Part shown: positions 46,936 through 54,359 of the stretch, one piece after another | Numbering within the stretch: the stretch's first letter is position 1 | Layout: each line of letters begins with the position of its first letter | Origin: Bacilli bacterium | GTDB lineage: Bacteria > Bacillota_I > Bacilli_A > RFN20 > CAG-826 | DNA length: 64,000 bases | Assembly: GCA_024408335.1 (NCBI GenBank) | Contig: JAKSVB010000007.1 | Span: 18,408-82,407 of the forward strand | Reading direction: 5' to 3' | Program-made: the position numbers and the translations under genes | Notes under the pieces: generated by a model | The model's database searches: none | What the model was told of the DNA's origin: nothing | What the model saw: only the letters and a program-made list of their open reading frames with translations

Positions 46936-47397
46936 TTAGAATTTTATGGCTAGGCGCGCCTTATCGACATCTTGACGCGTCAGTGTGACTTTTTTGTTGC
47001 GGCCTTTTTCTTTGATTCCGAGAGTTATCTCTTCATCAGCTATCTCTAGCAGGTCGCCTTCTAGATAGTTCTCACCTTTGTAAGGGTTAATAAGATGGAT
47101 GTTGATGTACTCGCCGACATATTTTGGAAGTTTCTCTAGCTTTAATGGCTTTTCGCTACCAGCGCTAGAAACGTCAAGCATGTAGGCTTCTGAAATTGGA
47201 TCTTCTTTGTCCAATATCGGATTGATGATGTCACTAACTTTAACAATCGCTTCAAGATCGATTGGGGTATCCCTATCGACGACGAGTTCAAGAGTCAAAC
47301 CGTCTTTCCCTCTATAGAGATTACAGTCAGTAAGCTCATAACCTTCCTTCTCGAGGACTGGTTCGAGTAGCTTTCTTACATTTTCAATTTGTCCCAT
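46936..47397 (-). CDS. rimP: Ribosome maturation factor RimP
   Basis: 153 aa with conserved order rimP-nusA and a LEVSSPG-like LDVSSAGSEKPL motif. Confidence 0.9.
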   Translation of the reverse strand: MGQIENVRKLLEPVLEKEGYELTDCNLYRGKDGLTLELVVDRDTPIDLEAIVKVSDIINPILDKEDPISEAYMLDVSSAGSEKPLKLEKLPKYVGEYINIHLINPYKGENYLEGDLLEIADEEITLGIKEKGRNKKVTLTRQDVDKARLAIKF

Positions 47398-47407
47398 TTA
47401 CCCTCCT

Positions 47408-47440
47408 AAATTAGAAAGAGTGGTCCTATTTGACCACTCT
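47408..47440 (-). promoter_or_regulatory. Terminator-like hairpin (9-bp stem + UUUCUAAUUU) in the rimP-nusA leader; putative attenuator
   Basis: AGAGUGGUC-AAAUAG-GACCACUCU lies immediately 5' of the AGGAGGG RBS of rimP. Confidence 0.5.
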
Positions 47441-47495
47441 AACAAATATTTGTTTGAGCTAATAGAGCCGCTTCCGCGGGTCATCTATCGGCATT

Positions 47496-47524
47496 ATTAT
47501 GCATACTTACGCGCACGCTTACAA
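47496..47524 (-). promoter_or_regulatory. Candidate rimP-nusA promoter TTGTAA-17-CATAAT
   Basis: Read on the minus strand. It gives a ~100-nt leader. Confidence 0.45.
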
Positions 47525-47551
47525 GGAAAATATGCAAGTTTTGTGCGCTTT

Positions 47552-48424
47552 TTAGGCAACTGGGTGATCGCCATCGTTCATATAGATGAGGGCGAGGCAG
47601 TTTTTGCCAGTATGGCAGCCGATTGTAGCGCCGGCATAGGTGATGTAGACATTCTTGAAACCGTAGTCCAAAAGCTTCTTTTTCGCTTCTTCCAAAATGT
47701 ACTGGTTTTCTTCGTCATAGATGGTGTGAGTTAAGAAGCACATCTCTTTGTCTGGGTTATGGAAGAGTCTAAGAGTCTCATCAATGTAGTCATTCATCCA
47801 CTTCTTAAGTGGACCACGGAATTTCTTGCCGCTTACGAGTTTGCCTGTATCGGTTTTAAGGAGGACTTGTGGGTGAAGTTTAAGGAGGTTAGCGCCAAGA
47901 AGAGCGATGATCGAGCATCTTCCACCGCGGTAAAGGAAATCAATGTTTTCTAGAGCAAGAGAAGTGTTGGTGTGCCATTTTCTTTCTTCGATTTCTTTGA
48001 CGATTTCAGTAGCGCTTCTTCCAGCATCAGCAAGTCTAGAAGCATAGATGAGTTGGGCGCCCATACCAGTAGCAAGCGCTCTAGAATCGATAACGTGGAC
48101 TTTGCCATCAAGTTCGTTAGCGGCATTGCAGGCGTTTTGGTAGGTACTTGAGATCTCTAAGCAAGGACAGATGTGAATGACTTCATCATAGTCTTTGAGG
48201 AGCTTTTCGAAATGCTCTTTGTATTCAAGGCTATTGACTGCTGCAGTACGGACAGGTTTCTTTGTTTGCATTGCGTATTCGATAAGCTGTCTAGCTGTTA
48301 TATCGCCATCTTTGCCTTCGGTTTCTCCAAGGACGACGTTAAAAGGGATAGCGTGGATTTTGAATTCTTTTAAAAGTTCTTCGCCCAAGTCACAGATTGA
48401 CTCGGTGGAAATTGCGATTTTCAT
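47552..48424 (-). CDS. DegV-family fatty-acid-binding protein (FakB-like), copy 1
   Basis: 290 aa: MKIAISTES..., the SSTYQNA motif region and YRGGRCS. Confidence 0.9.
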   Translation of the reverse strand: MKIAISTESICDLGEELLKEFKIHAIPFNVVLGETEGKDGDITARQLIEYAMQTKKPVRTAAVNSLEYKEHFEKLLKDYDEVIHICPCLEISSTYQNACNAANELDGKVHVIDSRALATGMGAQLIYASRLADAGRSATEIVKEIEERKWHTNTSLALENIDFLYRGGRCSIIALLGANLLKLHPQVLLKTDTGKLVSGKKFRGPLKKWMNDYIDETLRLFHNPDKEMCFLTHTIYDEENQYILEEAKKKLLDYGFKNVYITYAGATIGCHTGKNCLALIYMNDGDHPVA

Positions 48425-48481
48425 AATTTGTTTCTCCGATTTTGGGGGTTATACGACACGAGGTTAACTAGCTTTGTGGTA

Positions 48482-48524
48482 ATTATAAAAAACCGCTAAA
48501 AAAATATCTAGTATTAAAAACTAA
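48482..48524 (-). promoter_or_regulatory. TATAAT -10 plus 17-bp inverted repeat TTAGT-N7-ACTAG (48508..48524) over the -35 position
   Basis: The same box, the same flanking AAAATAT and the same 20-nt distance to the -10 recur at 49570..49612. Confidence 0.45.
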
Positions 48525-48609
48525 ATAAATTCGATTTTACAAATTTTTGATGCTCTTTCCGCAGGAACAGTCGATGTTTTTTAAATTCAATTTCAGAATT
48601 TTTATGATG

Positions 48610-48639
48610 AAAAAAATAAAAGCGGTATCACTACCGCTT
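48610..48639 (-). terminator. Rho-independent terminator after DegV copy 2
   Basis: AAGCGGUA-GUGA-UACCGCUU followed by UUAUUUUUUUC. Confidence 0.8.
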
Positions 48640-48657
48640 CAATTTTTGCACCTCTAT

Positions 48658-49530
48658 TTAAGCAATTGGATGATCGCCATCGTTCATATAAAGAACGCCG
48701 AGGGTGTTAGGGCCACAGTGGCAACTGATTGTTGCGCCAGCTAATGTGACATAGATGGTTTTGAATCCTTCTTGGATAAGTCTTTCTTTGATTGCGTCAA
48801 CGACTTTGAGATCTTCTTCGCCATAGATTGTGTGGGTGATGAAGACGACTTCTTTGTCTGGGTTATTAAATGTCTTAAGCGTTTCTTCGGTATAATCCAT
48901 TGCCCATTTCTTAACTGGACCACGGAATTTCTTACCGCTTTCCATCTTTCCTGTATCGGCCTTCATTAAGATTTGAGGGCGAAGTTTTAAGAGGTTTGCG
49001 CCGAATCTTGCCATCGCGCTACATCTGCCGCCTTTATAGAGGAACTCAACGGTTTCGAAACAGAAGGAAGTTTGGTTAGAAAGGATTCTATCTTCGACGA
49101 GCTTAACGATCTCTTCGCTGCTCTTGCCTGCCTTGATGAGCTTTGAAGTGTAGATGGTAAGAAGAGCGACGCCAGTTGAAAGGGAATGGCTATCGATTAC
49201 TTTGACTTTTCCTCCGAATTCTTGGCTTGCGATTACTGCGTTTTGGCAAGCACTGCTGATACCGCTAGAAAGAGCGATGTGGACGACTTCGTCGTGATCT
49301 TTAAGAAGCTTAGCAAAATATTCGCTATATTCAGAAACGTTGACGGCACTTGTTCTTCCAAGTTTGCCGCTTTTGATTGTGTAGTCGATAAGGTCTTTTC
49401 CAGTGATGACGCCATCGAAATCGCTTCTTTCGCCAATGGTGACGGTGAATGGGATGATATTAACGCCATATTCAGCAATTAGTTCTTTGGTAAGATCGCA
49501 TGCTGATTCGGTAGATAATGCAATTTTCAT
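48658..49530 (-). CDS. DegV-family fatty-acid-binding protein, copy 2
   Basis: 290 aa, very similar to copy 3 (for example NQTSFCFETVEFLYKGGRCSAMARFGANLLKLRPQILMK). Confidence 0.9.
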   Translation of the reverse strand: MKIALSTESACDLTKELIAEYGVNIIPFTVTIGERSDFDGVITGKDLIDYTIKSGKLGRTSAVNVSEYSEYFAKLLKDHDEVVHIALSSGISSACQNAVIASQEFGGKVKVIDSHSLSTGVALLTIYTSKLIKAGKSSEEIVKLVEDRILSNQTSFCFETVEFLYKGGRCSAMARFGANLLKLRPQILMKADTGKMESGKKFRGPVKKWAMDYTEETLKTFNNPDKEVVFITHTIYGEEDLKVVDAIKERLIQEGFKTIYVTLAGATISCHCGPNTLGVLYMNDGDHPIA

Positions 49531-49569
49531 AAAAATCTCTCCTAAAGTTATTTATCTTTCGGCTAAAAC

Positions 49570-49612
49570 ATTATAGCTATTGAAAACCAAAATATCTAGT
49601 TACCGAAACTAA
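49570..49612 (-). promoter_or_regulatory. TATAAT -10 plus inverted repeat TTAGT-N7-ACTAG (49596..49612)
   Basis: See 48482..48524; identical architecture. Confidence 0.45.
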
Positions 49613-49628
49613 GTTGTTTTTCGAGTAT

Positions 49629-49654
49629 GAAAAAAGGTAGTGTCTCCACTACCT
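49629..49654 (-). terminator. Rho-independent terminator after DegV copy 3
   Basis: AGGUAGUG-GAGA-CACUACCU followed by UUUUUC. Confidence 0.8.
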
Positions 49655-49660
49655 AGATTT

Positions 49661-50533
49661 TTATTCGATTGGGTGCTCGCCATCGTTCATATAGAAGACG
49701 CCGATGGTGTTAGGACCGCAGTGACAGCTGATTGTCGCGCCTGCATAGTTAACGTAGACGTTACGGAAACCTGCTTGTTTGACTCTTTCGATGACGGCTT
49801 CGACGGCTTTGTAATCCTCTTCGTTATAAACGGTGCTAGCAATGAAAGCGACTTCGTAGTCTGGATTATTAAACTCTTTAAGAGTTTCTTCGGTGTATTC
49901 AAGTGACCACTTCTTGATTGGGCCACGGAATTTCTTTCCGCTTTCCATCTTGCCGGTGTCGGTTTTCATTAAGATCTGTGGACGAAGCTTTAATAAGTTA
50001 GCGCCAAATCTTGCCATTGCGCTACATCTGCCGCCTTTGTAGAGGAACTCAACGGTTTCGAAGCAGAAGGAAGTTTGGTCGTATGGGACTCTTGCTTCAA
50101 CAAGCTTAACAACTTCATCGCTGCTCTTGCCTGCTTCAACAAGCTTTGCTGCGTAAAGGGCAAGAAGAGAGACGCCGCATGATAATGAGTGGCTGTCGAT
50201 GACTTTGACTCTGCCATTGAAATCTTGGCTAGCGACGACAGCGTTTTGGTAGGCACTACTGATGCCACTAGAAAGGCAGACTTGAATGACTTCATCGTAT
50301 TCTTTGAGAATCTTGGTGAAGTGCTCGGTGTATTCGCCAACGTTGACGGCGCTGGTTCTTCCAAGTTTTCCTGATTCGATTGTGTAGTCGATAAGGTCTT
50401 TTCCAGTGATAACTCCATCATAGTCGCTTCTCTCACCGAGAGTGACAGTGAATGGGATGATGAATATATGATAGCGTTCCGCAAGCTCTTTGGTGATGTC
50501 TGCGGCCGTTTCGACTGAAATAGCAATTTTCAT
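49661..50533 (-). CDS. DegV-family fatty-acid-binding protein, copy 3
   Basis: 290 aa DegV pattern. Confidence 0.9.
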   Translation of the reverse strand: MKIAISVETAADITKELAERYHIFIIPFTVTLGERSDYDGVITGKDLIDYTIESGKLGRTSAVNVGEYTEHFTKILKEYDEVIQVCLSSGISSAYQNAVVASQDFNGRVKVIDSHSLSCGVSLLALYAAKLVEAGKSSDEVVKLVEARVPYDQTSFCFETVEFLYKGGRCSAMARFGANLLKLRPQILMKTDTGKMESGKKFRGPIKKWSLEYTEETLKEFNNPDYEVAFIASTVYNEEDYKAVEAVIERVKQAGFRNVYVNYAGATISCHCGPNTIGVFYMNDGEHPIE

Positions 50534-50583
50534 AAAAAATTTCCTCGAATTTTCCTCTATTGTACCTAAGAAGATGCTTCATG

Positions 50584-50619
50584 AAAAGAAAAAGGGTCAA
50601 TGATTTAATCATTAACCCT
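50584..50619 (-). terminator. Rho-independent terminator after the GH3 gene
   Basis: A 12-bp stem with one mismatch, followed by UUUUCUUUUC. Confidence 0.8.
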
Positions 50620-50639
50620 ATGTTTTTTAGCGCTTTGGA

Positions 50640-53600
50640 TTAGTCAGCGTAGTTCTCTGGATGTTTCTTAGCATCGAGTGTGCGGTAAACGTTCCAAGCG
50701 ACAAGTCCAATGCCTGCGACGCCGAAGAGTGCTGTGACGCTTGTAAGGAGAATTCTCCATGGAGCGATGTCACGATATGTTTTTGCGCCAGGAGCGACGC
50801 CATTGAAGGCTGCGCTATTGACGGCGGTGTAACACATATTCTTGACTGAGCGTCTAATAGTTTGTCTTGCGGTTGCGCTTGTTGTGTCTTTGAAGACAGC
50901 TTGGAATGTTTCTTTAGCGCCACCCCAGTTTGCGTTAAGAAGGTAGTCGTTACCAGCACGGATCATTAAGTCGTGGTCGACATATGGTCCGAAGTCGGTG
51001 ATGACTTCACCTTGGAAGCCCCATTCGTCACGGAGAACCTTGGTAAGAAGTCCAGCGTGTCCTGAAGCCATTGTGGTACCGATGTTATTGAAGGAGCTCA
51101 TGACGGCTGTTGAGCCACGCATGACCTTGTAATCTTTTGTGCCTTGGTCATCTGAAGTGAAGTAGACTTTGCCTCTAGCTTCTTTTGCGACGATTTCGAA
51201 TGGCTTTAAGTAGATTTCACGGACTGCTTGTTCGGTTGCCCAAGTGCAAAGTCCATCCATACGGTTGGTTTCTTGATCATTGAGAGCGAAGTGCTTCATG
51301 AAGGCGTAGAAGCCTTGGTCAGCAGCACCGCTAACTGCAGCGGCAGCCATTTTACCAGCGAGAAGTCCATCTTCTGAATAGTATTCGAAGTTACGTCCTG
51401 AGAATGGAGTTCTGTGGGTGTTCATAGCAGGTCCATACCAGCCGACGACGTCGTTGGTAAGACCTTCTTGACCGATAGCTTCGCCATACTTATGAGCAAG
51501 CTCAACGTTCCAAGTTGAAGCGACGGTGACTTCTGAACAGTAAGCACAAGCATCAAGGCCTTGTGCCATGAATGATGAGATGCCTTGTGGGCCATCGAAG
51601 TCGTTGACTTTTGGTTTGCCAACGCAGTCGAGGTTTCCGCTGTTGTAAGCACCATAGTAGAGAAGGTCTCTTAACTGTTCTTGAACCTTTGAATCTGAGA
51701 AGTCGATTTGGTCAAGGAGATCATCCCAAAGGCGATCGTAGTAGCCTTTGCCACGGAGTACAGAAAGGGTTAAGCCGTTATCTTTGTGCTCAGGCATCTT
51801 CTCGCTATAGACGAGTGAGCCAACAACGTTACCGGTTTCTGGGTTTGTTGCGTAGTCGTATTTGCCACGTGCTGTCTTGTTCCAGTTAGCAAGATACTTA
51901 GCTGCAAGAGTGAAGTCGCTTCCTGTTGGAGCAGTTGGAAGAGCGTCCATTGCATCACGAGTAAGAAGCGTCATTCCGCTTTCGTTCATGAAGTCGCTAA
52001 GTTCTTGGAATTGGTTGGTTGCTGCAACGAAACTTGCACGTGAATCGATTGCGCTCTTTTCAGGAACGCCAGTTGGGTGGCCTTCCTTGTCGAGGATTGA
52101 TTGGCCATCTTTCTCGCTTTGACGTGGGTTTGAGTTGTCATAGTTGATGGTTGATGGGTTTGACCATGATTTGTGAGCCCATTCACTATGTGAATCTTTG
52201 CCAAGGTAGATGGTGTAATCACCGCTTGCGAGTTGGTAGCAGCCCTTGGTTCCATCACCATTTGATCTCATGTAGTTATATGAGGCCATATCTTCGATGT
52301 TCCATTCGAGAGTGATGGTTTCGTCTGCGCCTGGAGCAAGAACCTTGGTCTTAGCAAATTCGACTAAGTTCTTGGTGGCCTTTTCGACTTTTTCAGCCTT
52401 GTCCCCTGCTGTATATGGTGCAGCATAGTACATTTGGACAACTTCTTTACCTGCTTTGGTGCCGGTATTTGTGACTTTGACGGTTGCTTTCGCTAATGAG
52501 CCAACAACTTCGAAGCTAAGGAATTCTTGACTGAATGATGTGTAGCTTAAGCCATAGCCGAATGGGTAAACAACTTCGTTTTCATAAGTTATTTTTCCCA
52601 TGGCTGCTGCGGTTTCGTAATATTTGTAGCCAACATAGATGCCTTCTTCGTAGTGAACGAATGTGCCTTTATGTTGTGAGCCTTGCCACTCGAATTCGGC
52701 GTTGGTGTATTCGAAAGCGCCGAAGTTGGTAAGGGCTGGAGTCTTGAGGAGGTCTTTGGCGTAAATGTCAACGGTACGGCCTGAAGGGTTTACGTCACCT
52801 GCGAGGATGTCTGCCATTGATTCAAAGCCTGCAGCGCCTGGGCCACCGACGCTTAAGATTGCATCAGCTGCGTATTCGCCGCTTTGGAGTTCGCCAGCTT
52901 CGAAGACGTTACTTGCGTCAAGGATGGCGACGATCTTTGAAGCGCCATTATCTTTAAGGTATCTGATTGTTGCCTTTTCGTTGGCGGATAAGGTGAGGTT
53001 GTGTCTAGTGCCATCGGCATAACCGTCTCTCTTGATGTCGAAAGACTCACCGCCACCACGAGCGATGAAGATGATAGCGGTCTTACCAGAGATTTGGGTT
53101 TTGACGCCATCGTATTCTGCTACTGGAACGCCTTTGAGTCCGAAATCGTTTTCGAACATGCCACCCGCACCTTGAATAGCAGCTGATGTTCCTGCTGCTT
53201 CTTGGACGTCAACGATTTTTGCGTTTGTTTTGGTGATTGTGGCGATGGCGTTATTAAGAGTGAAGTGTTTCTTAAGAGCTTTTTCTGGAGTGTAGACGTA
53301 CTCTTTTGAAGTATCGATGCCACCCGATCCTTTGCCGCCATATGCCGGAGCGCGGAAGCCGTCTCCGAAGACGACGAGTTCGCTTCCTTTAGCAAGTGGA
53401 AGAGTGCCTTCGTTCTTTAAAAGAACGCATCCTTCGTCTGTGATTTGTTTTGAGATTTTGTTTGCGGCGTTACGGGATTCTTCTTTGCTTTGATATTTCT
53501 TATCAATGTATTTGGTATCCCAATTCTCACTGCCTTTGACTTCTTGGACATGAAGCGCACCTAAACCCATCGTTGTATCAATGGATGTGCTGAACATGTC

Positions 53601-53699
53601 ACCTAAGATTGGAAGGGCAATCGCAACTGCTAAACACACCCCTGATATTGGTAGCGTGATAGCACGGAATTTGCCGTTCTTCATATGTTTTTTGGCCAT
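50640..53699 (-). CDS. Glycoside hydrolase family 3 (beta-glucosidase/xylosidase-like), domain-permuted, with N- and C-terminal TM anchors
   Basis: After an N-terminal TM segment come the GH3 C-terminal sandwich domain (...FGYGLSYTSF) and an Fn3-like module (VKVTNTGTKAGKEVVQMYY). The GH3 catalytic (N-type) barrel follows (WGFQGEVITDFG), and the protein ends with a TM helix. Confidence 0.85.
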   Translation of the reverse strand: MAKKHMKNGKFRAITLPISGVCLAVAIALPILGDMFSTSIDTTMGLGALHVQEVKGSENWDTKYIDKKYQSKEESRNAANKISKQITDEGCVLLKNEGTLPLAKGSELVVFGDGFRAPAYGGKGSGGIDTSKEYVYTPEKALKKHFTLNNAIATITKTNAKIVDVQEAAGTSAAIQGAGGMFENDFGLKGVPVAEYDGVKTQISGKTAIIFIARGGGESFDIKRDGYADGTRHNLTLSANEKATIRYLKDNGASKIVAILDASNVFEAGELQSGEYAADAILSVGGPGAAGFESMADILAGDVNPSGRTVDIYAKDLLKTPALTNFGAFEYTNAEFEWQGSQHKGTFVHYEEGIYVGYKYYETAAAMGKITYENEVVYPFGYGLSYTSFSQEFLSFEVVGSLAKATVKVTNTGTKAGKEVVQMYYAAPYTAGDKAEKVEKATKNLVEFAKTKVLAPGADETITLEWNIEDMASYNYMRSNGDGTKGCYQLASGDYTIYLGKDSHSEWAHKSWSNPSTINYDNSNPRQSEKDGQSILDKEGHPTGVPEKSAIDSRASFVAATNQFQELSDFMNESGMTLLTRDAMDALPTAPTGSDFTLAAKYLANWNKTARGKYDYATNPETGNVVGSLVYSEKMPEHKDNGLTLSVLRGKGYYDRLWDDLLDQIDFSDSKVQEQLRDLLYYGAYNSGNLDCVGKPKVNDFDGPQGISSFMAQGLDACAYCSEVTVASTWNVELAHKYGEAIGQEGLTNDVVGWYGPAMNTHRTPFSGRNFEYYSEDGLLAGKMAAAAVSGAADQGFYAFMKHFALNDQETNRMDGLCTWATEQAVREIYLKPFEIVAKEARGKVYFTSDDQGTKDYKVMRGSTAVMSSFNNIGTTMASGHAGLLTKVLRDEWGFQGEVITDFGPYVDHDLMIRAGNDYLLNANWGGAKETFQAVFKDTTSATARQTIRRSVKNMCYTAVNSAAFNGVAPGAKTYRDIAPWRILLTSVTALFGVAGIGLVAWNVYRTLDAKKHPENYAD

Positions 53700-53721
53700 G
53701 ATATTGCCTCCTTATAACCAT

Positions 53722-53750
53722 ATATTAAGCAAGAAAAATCATTCTTTCAA
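53722..53750 (-). promoter_or_regulatory. Candidate GH3 promoter TTGAAA-17-TAATAT
   Basis: Read on the minus strand. The GGAGG RBS follows. Confidence 0.5.
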
Positions 53751-53768
53751 AAGAAATTCACAAAGCAA

Positions 53769-53800
53769 CTTTTGTCCATTGTCATTAATCTTTTGTCCAT
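53769..53800 (-). repeat. Two direct 11-nt repeats ATGGACAAAAG spaced 21 bp, upstream of the GH3 promoter (third, inverted copy at 53917..53926)
   Basis: Exact copies read at 53769..53779 and 53790..53800. Confidence 0.8.
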
Positions 53801-54022
53801 AATTTTTCATTTTATTGTCACCAGATTTCCATCAATTTTTTAGTTCGCTGTGTCGCAATTATTCACAAAAAAACACACTCCGTCTACTATTTGGATAAAT
53901 CGCTTTTTATTTTAATTGGACAAAAGTTTCTTTTTGTTTCTTTCAAAAGAGTTCTCAGTGCAATTTTTGACCTCGAACCAGGCCAATTTTTTCTTAGCGC
54001 TTCTTTACGAAAGGGCTTTCAT

Positions 54023-54358
54023 TTATTCGCCTAAAAGACGTTTTTTCGCTTCAATGTTAGACGAGATTATCATCTTGATCTTCTCGCACTTCTCTAAACT
54101 CTCGCAGCCTTTGCAGCTTTCTTTGGATTTAGAGATGACGCATTGACGGATTGGGCAAAGAGAATCACAAAACGGTGTCTTTCTGCCATTAGCCAAACAG
54201 CCATCGCAGTTAATCATTTCTTTGGTTATCGTGACTTGGTTTAGCTCGCTCCACTCCTTAGCAACCTTCTCTCTTAAAGAGTCGTCATCGCTTTGAGTGG
54301 CCTTATATGCCTCACATGACTTGCAGTCTAAGCCACAGCATGAATTAAGTTTTTCCAT
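54023..54358 (-). CDS. DUF3795-like cysteine-rich protein
   Basis: MEKLNSCCGLDCKSCEAYK... plus further CxxC pairs. Starts 1 nt after the deaminase stop. Confidence 0.7.
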   Translation of the reverse strand: MEKLNSCCGLDCKSCEAYKATQSDDDSLREKVAKEWSELNQVTITKEMINCDGCLANGRKTPFCDSLCPIRQCVISKSKESCKGCESLEKCEKIKMIISSNIEAKKRLLGE

Positions 54359-54359
54359 C

